Assembly (NCBI GenBank): GCA_947627995.1
Contig: CANQYE010000001.1
Coordinates: 74,889 to 136,058, forward strand
Reading direction: 5' to 3'
From: an uncultured Bacilli bacterium
GTDB taxonomy: Bacteria > Bacillota_I > Bacilli_A > RF39 > UBA660
DNA: 61,170 bases
The notes beneath the pieces are model-generated. The model was not told where the DNA came from and did no database searches. It saw nothing but the letters and a program-made list of their open reading frames with translations. Each line of letters starts with the position of its first letter. Position 1 is the first letter of the stretch. Both the position numbers and the translations under genes were made by a program. Below, in pieces: positions 32,052 to 41,717 of the stretch.

Positions 32052-34217
32052 ATGAAACGAGTGGAATTATTAGTTCCAGCAGGCAATAAAAAATGTGCAA
32101 TAGCCGCAATAAAAAATGAAGCTGATGCAATTTATTTAGGCGGAAAGTTTTTTAATTCTCGTATGTATGCTGAAAATTTTTCTAATGAAGAATTGGAAGA
32201 AATTGTATATCTTGCTCATTTATATAATGTTAAAGTATATGTAACAATTAACACAATCATTTTTAATGACGAAATAGAGAGTTTTGTAAAATATGTTTCG
32301 TTTTTAGAAGAAATAAAGGTTGATGCAGTAATTGTGCAAGACATCGGTATGATATATTTAATTAATAAATATTTTAAAAAAATGGTTATTCATGCATCTA
32401 CGCAAGTAAATACTTTTAATAAATATACTCTTAAATTTTTAAAAAAATTAGGCGTAAAAAGGGTAGTAGTTGCAAGAGAATTATCTTTAGAAAAAATTAA
32501 AGAAATAAAAAATTATATTGATGAAATTGAAATTTTTGTTTATGGAGCTTTGTGTGTATGTTTTTCTGGAAATTGTTTATTAAGTTATTTAAACGGAAAG
32601 AGAAGTGCAAATAGAGGATGCTGTGCACAAGCCTGCCGTTTATCGTATAAATTATATGAAAATAATGTCTTAAAAGATTCTGGGTATTTGCTTAGTACTA
32701 AAGATTTAAATACATTACCAAGACTTAATGATTTAATAGAATCGGGAGTTTCTTCATTTAAAATTGAAGGAAGAATGAAAAGTCCAGAATATGTTTTTTA
32801 TGTTACAAAAATTTTTAAAGATAAGATAAATAAATATTATTTAAAAAAGAATAATAAATTAAATAATATGGAAATTGATAATTTAAAGGTTTTATTTAAT
32901 AGAAAATTTACTACTGGGCATTTGTTTCACGAAAATATTATTAATAAAAGCACTTGCAATCATCAAGGAATTGTAATAGGTAAAACAATTGAAATTAAAA
33001 AAGATTTTATAAAATTAAAATTAGACAAAGACTTAAATATATCAGATGGAATAAGGTTTAAAAATGCTAATTTGGGTATGATTGTAAATAAACTTTATGA
33101 TAAAAATAAATATTTGGTAAGTAAAATTTCAGCCGGGAATATAGGCTATATACCGAATAAAGTAAATCTTAAAAATCCAGATATTTTATTAAAAACTTTT
33201 GATTATGTATTTACTAAAAATATTAATGATTACAGTCTACCTAAAGTTAATTTAAATATGGAATTTAGAGCATTTATAAATCAAAAATTATATTTAAAAA
33301 TATATGATGAAAAAGATGCAATAATTGTTTATGGGAATATAGTAGAAAAATCAATTAATTATCCTATTACTAAAGAAAAAATAGAGGAGCAATTAAATAA
33401 GCTTGGTAACACTATATTCATAGCTAATAAAATTGAAATTAAAAAAGATAATAATATTTTTATTAATATTAAAGATATAAATGAACTTAGGAGAAATGCT
33501 ATTAATAAATTTATTTCATTAAAAAAACAAAAAAACAAAAATAATAGTATTAAATTATTAAAATTTAGTGAAACTAAAGCAAATAATGACATAATAGTTT
33601 CGGTATCTAATGAAAAACAATTAAAAACTTGCTTAAAATATAATATTAAAACATTTTATACACCTTCATATAAGTTATATTTAACTTATAAAAATAAGCT
33701 CAATATTTTTTATAAAACATTATTAAACGAAGATAATTTAAAAAATTTTAAAAATGAAAAATTAGTTGTTTCTGATTTAGGTTCGATATTTAAATACACA
33801 AATGATAATTTGGTAAGAACAGATTATTTATTAAATATATGTAATGATTATTCAATTTCGATAATAAAACAATTTGTTGATAAAATTTGTTTATCTTTAG
33901 AATTAAACACTAACATGCTTTCTAAAATTGCTGATAAAGAAAAGTGTGAAATACTTATTTATGGTCAAGTTATAGCAATGAATATTAAAGGAAATATTTT
34001 TAATATTAAAAACCATGCATATATTGAGGACATAAATAAAAATAAATATCCAGTTATATACAATGATAATAATCATAATACTTTAATTTATCACAAGAAT
34101 AAAATTAATAAAATCCATGAAATAGAAAATTTTAAAAACTTTGTTATTCGGTTAGACTTTTTTGATGAGAGTAGCAAAGAAATAGAAGATATTTTAAAAA
34201 AAGTATTGAAAAATTAA
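32052..34217 (+). CDS. Large U32-family peptidase with a long C-terminal extension
   Basis: [20 protein letters not shown]32 signature, RGCCAQACR and FKIEGRMKS. About 720 aa. The ATG at 32052 follows a GGTGA SD. Confidence 0.8.
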   Translation: MKRVELLVPAGNKKCAIAAIKNEADAIYLGGKFFNSRMYAENFSNEELEEIVYLAHLYNVKVYVTINTIIFNDEIESFVKYVSFLEEIKVDAVIVQDIGMIYLINKYFKKMVIHASTQVNTFNKYTLKFLKKLGVKRVVVARELSLEKIKEIKNYIDEIEIFVYGALCVCFSGNCLLSYLNGKRSANRGCCAQACRLSYKLYENNVLKDSGYLLSTKDLNTLPRLNDLIESGVSSFKIEGRMKSPEYVFYVTKIFKDKINKYYLKKNNKLNNMEIDNLKVLFNRKFTTGHLFHENIINKSTCNHQGIVIGKTIEIKKDFIKLKLDKDLNISDGIRFKNANLGMIVNKLYDKNKYLVSKISAGNIGYIPNKVNLKNPDILLKTFDYVFTKNINDYSLPKVNLNMEFRAFINQKLYLKIYDEKDAIIVYGNIVEKSINYPITKEKIEEQLNKLGNTIFIANKIEIKKDNNIFINIKDINELRRNAINKFISLKKQKNKNNSIKLLKFSETKANNDIIVSVSNEKQLKTCLKYNIKTFYTPSYKLYLTYKNKLNIFYKTLLNEDNLKNFKNEKLVVSDLGSIFKYTNDNLVRTDYLLNICNDYSISIIKQFVDKICLSLELNTNMLSKIADKEKCEILIYGQVIAMNIKGNIFNIKNHAYIEDINKNKYPVIYNDNNHNTLIYHKNKINKIHEIENFKNFVIRLDFFDESSKEIEDILKKVLKN

Positions 34218-34257
34218 AATTTTCATTTATAATTTTTTAATGAAAGGAGTATTGACG

Positions 34258-34653
34258 ATGTTTAAAGAATTTAAAAAATTCATTTCTAGAGGTAATGTTT
34301 TAGATATGGCTGTAGGTATTATTATCGGAAGTGCTTTTACTGCAATAGTTTCATCGGCGGTAAATGATATAATAATGCCACTTATTGGAATTATTAGTGG
34401 AGGAATTGATTTTACTAATTTATCTTTCACAATTGGTGGAGCCGTAGTTAAATATGGAAGTTTTATTCAAAATATAATAGATTTTCTTATTGTAGCCTTT
34501 TGTTTATTTATGACAATAAGATTTATGAATAAATTAACACATATTAGAAAAAAACAAGAACAAGAAAAAGAAAAAGAAGTTATACCAAAAGATATTGAAT
34601 TACTTACAGAAATAAGAGATTTATTAAAAAAAGAAAAGAAAAAAAATAAATAA
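34258..34653 (+). CDS. mscL: Large-conductance mechanosensitive channel MscL
   Basis: [27 protein letters not shown] canonical N-terminus. AAGGAG SD 8 nt upstream of the ATG at 34258. Confidence 0.93.
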   Translation: MFKEFKKFISRGNVLDMAVGIIIGSAFTAIVSSAVNDIIMPLIGIISGGIDFTNLSFTIGGAVVKYGSFIQNIIDFLIVAFCLFMTIRFMNKLTHIRKKQEQEKEKEVIPKDIELLTEIRDLLKKEKKKNK

Positions 34654-34680
34654 AAAATCATATTTTATATATGATTTTTT
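34652..34680. terminator. Bidirectional hairpin between convergent mscL and def
   Basis: AAAAAATCATA ... TATGATTTTTT inverted repeat flanked by A and T runs. Confidence 0.55.
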
Positions 34681-34688
34681 ATTTATTA

Positions 34689-35240
34689 TTATATTTCTCT
34701 CATTTTATCTTTATTTTTATATGGATCTTTAGGATCAATTTTATCTACGAATAAAATCCCGTTTAAATGATCTAGTTCATGTTGAAAAGCAACTGCTAAT
34801 TCTTCTCTTGCTCTAATCGTTTTTTTATTGCCTTCTAAATCATAAGTTTCTAAAGTAATACGCGCATGTCTTGGAACTATTCCTTCAACTTCACGATTTA
34901 CGCTTAAACATCCTTCCCCCTCAGAAACGTATATCATTTCTTCTGAAACACTTTTAATTTGTGGATTAATTAAAACATAATTTTTGAATTTATTTTCTTC
35001 TTCTTCATGAACTATAACAAATATTCTTTTAAGTTCACCGGTTTGAACAAAGGCTAGACCCATTCCAGCACGGAGATTATATTTATCACAAAGTTTTTCA
35101 TCTTGTGAAATTCTTAAATAATCTTGCATATCTTGTATTTTTTTCTTTGTTTCATCGGATAAGGGAAAAGTTACTTCTTCGCTTTTTTTATGAAGAATAT
35201 TATTTTTTTCATCTAAGATTTCTAATTTAGGTAATCTCAT
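34689..35240 (-). CDS. def: Peptide deformylase
   Basis: GMGLAFVQ, EGCLSV and HELDHLNG motifs. Confidence 0.93.
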   Translation of the reverse strand: MRLPKLEILDEKNNILHKKSEEVTFPLSDETKKKIQDMQDYLRISQDEKLCDKYNLRAGMGLAFVQTGELKRIFVIVHEEEENKFKNYVLINPQIKSVSEEMIYVSEGEGCLSVNREVEGIVPRHARITLETYDLEGNKKTIRAREELAVAFQHELDHLNGILFVDKIDPKDPYKNKDKMREI

Positions 35241-35296
35241 ATTAATACCGCCTTTTCATATGAGATTATAAGAAAAAAAATAAAAAATGTCAATTT

Positions 35297-35320
35297 AAAA
35301 AGGAAGCAGACTTCCTTTTT
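35297..35320 (-). terminator. Hairpin terminator for the small Gly/Tyr-rich gene
   Basis: AAAAAGGAAG-CAGA-CTTCCTTTTT, a perfect 10-bp stem overlapping the stop codon. Confidence 0.6.
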
Positions 35321-35510
35321 AATTATTATAGTTATTATTGTTGAACCATCCAGCTCCAATTATGATTACTAAAAGAATAAATAAAACAATCCAGATGGCT
35401 GCTCCTATGCCATATCCAGAAGTATATCCAGCATAGCCTCCTCCTTGATTACAACAAGGATTTCCTCCTGCATATCCGCCATAGTAGCCATTATTTCCAT
35501 AATAATACAT
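35319..35510 (-). CDS. Small Gly/Tyr-rich protein with a C-terminal TM helix, YjcZ-like sporulation peptide family
   Basis: 63 aa: MYYYGNNGYYGGYAGG...AAIWIVLFILLVIIIGAGWF. AAGGAGG SD upstream. Confidence 0.5.
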   Translation of the reverse strand: MYYYGNNGYYGGYAGGNPCCNQGGGYAGYTSGYGIGAAIWIVLFILLVIIIGAGWFNNNNYNN

Positions 35511-35642
35511 ATTATTATACCTCCTTTATGTATCTAATATAGTTTACTCAACATAGTTTGTTTTTGACATTAAAAAAGTCTAATTTTTTAAATTTAGTTT
35601 AATTACTTTTTTTTTTATGCTATTATTAAAATAGGTGGAGTT

Positions 35643-36797
35643 ATGAAAAATATATTAAAAAAAATGGATATTTGGTTACTTTTTTTTACCTTTTTATTTT
35701 CATTATTTGGGTTGATAATGATTTTTAGTGCATCGAGTGTTTCGGCTGTTTTAAGATATAATTATAGTACAAATTATTATTTTTTTAGACAACTTATTTT
35801 TTTATTTGTTTCTTTTATAATAGGATTTTGTTTTGTGCTTAAATTTCCTACCAAAAAATATAAATATTTTATAAAATTAATCATTACTATAATTATTATG
35901 ATGTTGGTTTATGTTTTATTAAATGGCAAAACGGTTAATAGCGCTAAAAGTTGGATAGGAATAGGATCATTCGGAATACAGCCAACTGAATTTGCTAAGG
36001 CAGCTTTAATCATTTATATGGGTGTTTTTTTTGATGATTTTATAAAAAAAAGAAATCATCCATATGCATTTTTAATTCCAATTACTATATCTGTTATAAT
36101 TACCATTTTAATTCTTATTCAGCCTGATTTAGGAGGAGCACTTATTATATCGGGAATAGTTTTCTTTGTTTTTTTAGGTATTCCAATTAAAAAAAATATA
36201 AAAATAAAATTATTTAAAATTTTAGGGATAGGAGTTATATTACTAGCTTTAATATTAGCTTTTTTTGGTAATAATATTTTAAATTCTAATCAATTAAAAC
36301 GATTTGAATTTAAAAACCCTTGTTCAAGATATACGGAGGATACTGGTTATCAAGTATGTAATGGTTTGATAGCCATTAGTAATGGTGGTATTTTTGGACT
36401 TGGACTCGGTAATTCTACACAAAAATATTTATATTTGCCAGAAGCACATACTGATTTTATTTTTCCAATAATAGTTGAAGAACTTGGAGCAGTAGGAGGA
36501 ATACTTGTCATTTTAGGCTATATATTTATTCTTTATAGAATTTTAAAAATAGCAAAAGATGCAGAACATTTAAGAGGATCTATTATTGCTTATGGTACAT
36601 TTTTCCTTTTATTATTTCATATATTCATTAATATAATGGGCGTATTAGGAATTATTCCATTAACAGGAGTTCCATTGCCATTTTTAAGTTATGGTGGTAG
36701 TTTCAATATGGTGATTATTATTTTAATGTTTGTTTTACAACGAATATGTATTGAATCAAAAACAATTAAAGGTAAAAGAGAAATAGAAAATTTATAA
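35643..36797 (+). CDS. SEDS-family peptidoglycan polymerase (FtsW/RodA/SpoVE)
   Basis: QPTEFAKAALIIY, LPEAHTDFIF and PLPFLSYGGS motifs. 384 aa, polytopic. Confidence 0.9.
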   Translation: MKNILKKMDIWLLFFTFLFSLFGLIMIFSASSVSAVLRYNYSTNYYFFRQLIFLFVSFIIGFCFVLKFPTKKYKYFIKLIITIIIMMLVYVLLNGKTVNSAKSWIGIGSFGIQPTEFAKAALIIYMGVFFDDFIKKRNHPYAFLIPITISVIITILILIQPDLGGALIISGIVFFVFLGIPIKKNIKIKLFKILGIGVILLALILAFFGNNILNSNQLKRFEFKNPCSRYTEDTGYQVCNGLIAISNGGIFGLGLGNSTQKYLYLPEAHTDFIFPIIVEELGAVGGILVILGYIFILYRILKIAKDAEHLRGSIIAYGTFFLLLFHIFINIMGVLGIIPLTGVPLPFLSYGGSFNMVIIILMFVLQRICIESKTIKGKREIENL

Positions 36798-36866
36798 GCT
36801 TAGAAGTTATGTTCTTGACATATAGAAAGTAAAATAGTATTATATAGTGAACAAAGAGGGGATTTT

Positions 36867-37604
36867 ATGAAAGTCAAAGATTTACTTATAATTTTACTTA
36901 TTTTTACTTTCGTATCATCATTTGCTATGGTTGTTTATTTATTTCATTCTAGGGAAGATGCAAGAGAAATAGAAAAATTGCAAAATTCATATAAAAAAGT
37001 TGATGAAAAATCTGAAATTGCTAATGATAACTTTAAAAATATAGATATAATGAATAAAATAGATAATTTAAAAAAAGAGTTTAACAATACCGATATTATA
37101 GGTACTATAAATATATATGGCACTAATATAAATACTCCTATTGTGCAAGGAAATGATAATAGTTTTTATTTAAGTCATTCTATAGATAAAAGTGAGAATA
37201 TTTTGGGTTCTGTGTATTTAGATTATCATAATACTTTAAGTGATAAAGTCTTAATATTTTATGGTCATAATTCCCGTAGTTTAAAACCATTATTTCATGA
37301 CTTAGAGAAATTTTTGGATGAAGCTTTTTTTCAAGAAAATAATAAAATTAATTTAGTTACTGAAAATGGCGATAATATTTATGAAATATTTTCAGTTATG
37401 GTAGTACCTAAAAATGATACAATTCATGCAATTACTTTGTTTGAATCAAATGATGAATATTTAGAACATTTAAAATATTTAAAAGCAAGTAGTAAATTTT
37501 ATACTGATACATATTTAACTTCTGATGATGAAATTATAGTATTGCAAACTTGTTATTATAACCCTGAAAATACTTTTTTAGTTGTAGTTGCAAAAAAAAT
37601 ATAA
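36867..37604 (+). CDS. srtB: Class B sortase
   Basis: N-terminal TM, a YGHNS segment and the VLQTCYY catalytic Cys motif. Confidence 0.75.
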   Translation: MKVKDLLIILLIFTFVSSFAMVVYLFHSREDAREIEKLQNSYKKVDEKSEIANDNFKNIDIMNKIDNLKKEFNNTDIIGTINIYGTNINTPIVQGNDNSFYLSHSIDKSENILGSVYLDYHNTLSDKVLIFYGHNSRSLKPLFHDLEKFLDEAFFQENNKINLVTENGDNIYEIFSVMVVPKNDTIHAITLFESNDEYLEHLKYLKASSKFYTDTYLTSDDEIIVLQTCYYNPENTFLVVVAKKI

Positions 37605-37671
37605 TCTCTTAAATAAGAGATTTTTTTAAGCAATTTTTTATATATTTTAATAAAATATAAAAGGAGGATTT

Positions 37672-38082
37672 ATGATTAGATATGCAAATATAAATGATAT
37701 TAATATTTTATGTAATTTTAGGGTTCTACTAGAACAAGAAGATGGTATAGAAGAAAATTTTGCCTATTTATATACCATGATGAAAAATTATTACATGATA
37801 CATTTAAATAAAGATTGTTTTGTGTTGGTTTATACTATTAATGATAAAATAATAGCATGTGCATGTTTAATTTTATCAATAAAAAATAATAAGAAAATAG
37901 GTTATTTATGTAATGTGTATACTTTAAAAGAATATCGTAATAAAGGAATTCAAACAAAATTATTAAAAACTTGTTTACAAGAGGCAAAAAAATATAATAT
38001 TTATAGTATAAATTTGAACGTTAATAAAAATAATAAAAAAGCAATTAATTTGTATGGTAAATTAGGATTTTATTTTTTATAA
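37672..38082 (+). CDS. GNAT family N-acetyltransferase
   Basis: VYTLKEYRNKGIQTKLLK acetyl-CoA binding motif, 136 aa. Confidence 0.75.
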   Translation: MIRYANINDINILCNFRVLLEQEDGIEENFAYLYTMMKNYYMIHLNKDCFVLVYTINDKIIACACLILSIKNNKKIGYLCNVYTLKEYRNKGIQTKLLKTCLQEAKKYNIYSINLNVNKNNKKAINLYGKLGFYFL

Positions 38083-38127
38083 TTTGTATTTATCTTTTTA
38101 TTTTGATAAAATAAAAAAGGTGGTATA

Positions 38128-38769
38128 ATGATCATTAATTTAGATGGACATTTTATTAATGTAATAATAAAACGAAAAAAAATTAAAAATATTTATTTTC
38201 GTTTTAATGAAAATATTGATTTATGTATAAGTGTAAACAATTTTATGAGTTTAAAATCGATTGAACAAATGATTTATCAAAATAAAAATAGTATTTTAAA
38301 ATTGTATGATAGAGCTTTGAAAGAAAATGAATATAATAAATATTTTAATTATTTAGGGGCATCTTATATAAAAGTATTTGATGAAAAAATGAAGGTAAAA
38401 GATACTTATATTTATAATGATTTTATTTACGCAAAGAATGAAAAAGCTTTAAATAAATTTTATTATAATGAATGTAATAGAATTTTTAATAAAAGAATAG
38501 AAAGTTTAAAAGAAATGTTCATTGATCTACCAAATTTTACTTTAAAAATTCGTTTTATGAAAACTCGTTGGGGAGTTTGTAATTTTGTTAATAAAATCAT
38601 TACTTTAAATTCTGAGCTATTAAAAAAGGATATAAATTTAATTGATTATGTTATTATTCATGAATTTTGTCATTTTTATTATCATGATCATAGTAAAAAT
38701 TTTTGGGAAAAAGTTGCTACATATTATCCTTATTATAAAAAAGCTAGATCAATGTTAAAGGAGGTATAA
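38128..38769 (+). CDS. YgjP-like metal-dependent hydrolase (DUF45/M48 superfamily)
   Basis: TRWGVCN and the IIHEFCHFYYHDHS HExxH motif. Confidence 0.7.
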   Translation: MIINLDGHFINVIIKRKKIKNIYFRFNENIDLCISVNNFMSLKSIEQMIYQNKNSILKLYDRALKENEYNKYFNYLGASYIKVFDEKMKVKDTYIYNDFIYAKNEKALNKFYYNECNRIFNKRIESLKEMFIDLPNFTLKIRFMKTRWGVCNFVNKIITLNSELLKKDINLIDYVIIHEFCHFYYHDHSKNFWEKVATYYPYYKKARSMLKEV

Positions 38770-38770
38770 T

Positions 38771-39484
38771 ATGGAAGTTATTTATTCACTCCAAAATAAA
38801 AAGATTAAAGAAATAAGTAAATTAAAACAAAAAAAGTACCGTGATGAAAGTGATTTTTTTGTAATTGAAACGCCGCATTTAATACAAGAAGCAAAAAAAT
38901 CTGGATTGCTAGAATTTATTATTTCTAGTGATGAAAAAGACAAACCAGATATCTTAGTAAATAAAAATATTTTAAAGAAATTGTCTAATTTAGAATCTCC
39001 TAATATAATAGGTGTTTGTAAAAAGTTAGATAGAAATTTTTTAGGGAAAAAAGTTATAATTTTAAATAATATTCAAGATCCTGGAAATTTTGGAACTATT
39101 ATTCGGAGTGCTGTTGCTTTTGATATTGATACCATAATATTTGATGATAAATGCGTTGATTTATATAATCCTAAAACTATTTTATCTTCTCAAGGGATGA
39201 TTTTTAAAATGAATTTTATTAAAAGTGATAATTTATCTATTATAGATAAATTAAAAAAATCAAATTATAAGATATACGCAACAGATGTGAATGAAGGTTG
39301 TAGTTTAAAAAATGTGAAAAAACCAGATTATTATGCTATAATATTAGGAAATGAAGGAAATGGAATTTCAAAAGAAATAATTCAAAAGGCTGATGAAAAA
39401 ATTAATATTAAAATTAATCAAACTTGTGAAAGCTTGAATGTAGGTGTCGCTGCTAGTATTATTCTATATGAATTTAATAGGTGA
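38771..39484 (+). CDS. TrmH/SpoU-family RNA 2'-O-methyltransferase
   Basis: DPGNFGTIIRSA, LGNEGNGIS and ESLNVGVAASIILYE motifs. Confidence 0.8.
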   Translation: MEVIYSLQNKKIKEISKLKQKKYRDESDFFVIETPHLIQEAKKSGLLEFIISSDEKDKPDILVNKNILKKLSNLESPNIIGVCKKLDRNFLGKKVIILNNIQDPGNFGTIIRSAVAFDIDTIIFDDKCVDLYNPKTILSSQGMIFKMNFIKSDNLSIIDKLKKSNYKIYATDVNEGCSLKNVKKPDYYAIILGNEGNGISKEIIQKADEKINIKINQTCESLNVGVAASIILYEFNR

Positions 39485-39488
39485 TTAT

Positions 39489-39980
39489 ATGGATTATATA
39501 TTTATTGGAAAATATGTTAATACTCATGGTATTAAAGGCGAAATTAGAATTATATCTGATTTTGAAAAAAAGGAAAAAGTTTTTAAGATTGGCAATGATT
39601 TATATTTAGGAAAAAATAAGAATAAGTTTAAGATAAAAAATTACAGAATTCATAAAAATTATGATATGGTGGTATTTGAAAATATAGATTCAATAAATGA
39701 TATTATTAGTTTCAAAGGTTCTAATGTATATTTTTTAAAAAAAGATTTACATTTAAAGCCAGATGAATATGTATATGAAGAATTAATTGCAATGGATGTA
39801 TATGATAATAATATCTATATAGGAAAAGTTCAGGATTATATAAATATTAATTCCAATACTTTATTAGAGATTATTGGTGAAAAAAAGTTTTATATTCCTC
39901 TTAAATCAGTTTATATAAAAGAGATAGACAAAAAAAATAATAAAATAATAACTAATAATGGAAGTGATTTAATTTTATGA
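39489..39980 (+). CDS. rimM: 16S rRNA processing protein RimM
   Basis: MDYIFIGKYVNTHGIKGEIRI N-terminus. Lies upstream of trmD. The track ORF begins earlier inside the preceding gene. Confidence 0.85.
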   Translation: MDYIFIGKYVNTHGIKGEIRIISDFEKKEKVFKIGNDLYLGKNKNKFKIKNYRIHKNYDMVVFENIDSINDIISFKGSNVYFLKKDLHLKPDEYVYEELIAMDVYDNNIYIGKVQDYININSNTLLEIIGEKKFYIPLKSVYIKEIDKKNNKIITNNGSDLIL

Positions 39981-40642
39981 AAATAGATATTTTAACACTT
40001 TTTCCGGAAATGTTTGAAAATGGTTTTTTGTCTAGTTCAATAATTAAAAGAGCTATTCAAAAAAAATTAGTAGAAATTAATGTGATTAATTTTCGTAAAT
40101 ATTCTCCTTTAAAAAATGGACAAGTTGATGATACACCATATGGCGGTGGCCCAGGAATGGTTCTTAGACCAGAACCTATATTTAATGCTATTGATGAATT
40201 AAAAAAAGATGATACTATAGTAATTATGTTAACTCCAGATGGTCAAAAATATAATCAAAAATTTGCTAAAAAATTTTCAAAATATAAGCATATTATTCTT
40301 TTATGTGGTCATTATGAAGGTTTTGATGAACGAGTAAGAACAATATGTGATTTTGAAATAAGTATAGGTGATTTTATATTAACTGGTGGGGAAATACCTG
40401 CAATGGTATTGACTGACAGTATTGTTAGATTAATTAATGGTGTAATAAAAAGTGAAAGTGTTGAAAATGAATCTTTTAATAATAATTTGCTTGATTATGC
40501 AAATTATACTAAACCGAGTGTTTATCGTGGAATGAAAGTCCCAGATGTTTTATTAAATGGAGATCATAAAAAAATAGATGAATTTAGGAAAAATTCACAA
40601 ATAGAAAAGACAAGTAAAAGAAGACCTGATATAATTAAATAG
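39977..40642 (+). CDS. trmD: tRNA (guanine37-N1)-methyltransferase TrmD
   Basis: DDTPYGGGPGMVL and GHYEGFDERV motifs. 4-nt overlap with rimM. Confidence 0.95.
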   Translation: MKIDILTLFPEMFENGFLSSSIIKRAIQKKLVEINVINFRKYSPLKNGQVDDTPYGGGPGMVLRPEPIFNAIDELKKDDTIVIMLTPDGQKYNQKFAKKFSKYKHIILLCGHYEGFDERVRTICDFEISIGDFILTGGEIPAMVLTDSIVRLINGVIKSESVENESFNNNLLDYANYTKPSVYRGMKVPDVLLNGDHKKIDEFRKNSQIEKTSKRRPDIIK

Positions 40643-40654
40643 GAGTTGAAAGTT

Positions 40655-41095
40655 ATGTCTAGTTTTATAATAAAAAAAACAATTAAAAATGTTAATAAAA
40701 TAGAAAAAATAAGTGTTGATGGATATAGCTTTGTGCCCAAAAAAACTAATATAACTTCTATTACTATTAAACAGGTTACTATTGCTAATCCTAAATTGAT
40801 TGATACTATTTTAATGACAAAATTTGATAAAATGTTTAAAAAAATTGCTAAAAGTGTTGTATATGTTATAGCAGATGATGATACAGATGAAACAGATGTT
40901 TTAATTGCGTTAGATGAAATTGCTCGATTAAGAGCAATAATATTAAATAAATATCAAAAATTTTTAACAAAAGAAAAAGAAAAATATTGTTTACAAAAAA
41001 TTAGAATGTTAGAAAATGAACTTCGTAATAAAATGGTATACTTAACTCGAAATTACGAACATATTGAAGAAAGAAAAATTGGTAGAAGCAGATAA
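40655..41095 (+). CDS. Hypothetical protein (no recognisable motif), in the position where rplS usually follows trmD
   Basis: AGGAG SD 9 nt upstream of the ATG at 40655. About 146 aa with an acidic DDDTDETD patch and a helical C-terminus. Confidence 0.4.
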   Translation: MSSFIIKKTIKNVNKIEKISVDGYSFVPKKTNITSITIKQVTIANPKLIDTILMTKFDKMFKKIAKSVVYVIADDDTDETDVLIALDEIARLRAIILNKYQKFLTKEKEKYCLQKIRMLENELRNKMVYLTRNYEHIEERKIGRSR

Positions 41096-41111
41096 AAAAC
41101 AATTTGAAAAT

Positions 41112-41140
41112 TTGACCTTATATATAAAATATGCTATAAT
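41112..41140 (+). promoter_or_regulatory. Sigma-A-type promoter for the tandem unknown genes
   Basis: TTGACC, a 17-nt spacer, then TGcTATAAT (extended -10). Confidence 0.6.
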
Positions 41141-41151
41141 CGGTCATATAA

Positions 41152-41715
41152 ATGGGTGGTATTATGGTTGCAAAAAATAACGAAAAACGATTTTTAGCTT
41201 TTATGTTTGGTAATTCTATTGCTCCAATTGGAGAAATGAAAAAAATTGAAGACATTGATAAATTTACAGGTAATTTTACTGATGTTGAAGAATTAAAACT
41301 AAAACTTGAAAATTATAATATTATTAATCAAAGAAATTTAAATGGTATTCCAGTTCTTTATGATCCGTTAAATAAACATTATGATAAAAATATTGTTTAT
41401 AAAAATGTACTTCATATTGTTACAGCTGAATTCTTAAAGGAAAATATTGATTTAATATTGGCAAATCCAGAAATTACAAATCATATTTATAATAAATTTA
41501 AAAATATGAAAGATAAAACAACTTTAGAATTTAAATTTTTTATTAGCTGTATGAATAGTAAAAATCATAGAAGTGCAATTATTGATTGTAAAGAAGCATT
41601 TTATTTATTAATAGATAAAATGAAATATATTGAATTACGTTATTTATGTTTATTTATAAATAGTGAACTTGAAAAATTAGAAAATGGACAAATATTAGTA
41701 AAGAAAGTAGCTTAA
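41152..41715 (+). CDS. Hypothetical protein, paralog A of a tandem pair
   Basis: 187 aa. Shares the pattern KIEDIDKFTGNFTDVEELKLKL (versus NLEKLDSFTMNFENKDQLAAYL) with the next gene. Alternative start at 41164. Confidence 0.45.
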   Translation: MGGIMVAKNNEKRFLAFMFGNSIAPIGEMKKIEDIDKFTGNFTDVEELKLKLENYNIINQRNLNGIPVLYDPLNKHYDKNIVYKNVLHIVTAEFLKENIDLILANPEITNHIYNKFKNMKDKTTLEFKFFISCMNSKNHRSAIIDCKEAFYLLIDKMKYIELRYLCLFINSELEKLENGQILVKKVA

Positions 41716-41717
41716 TA

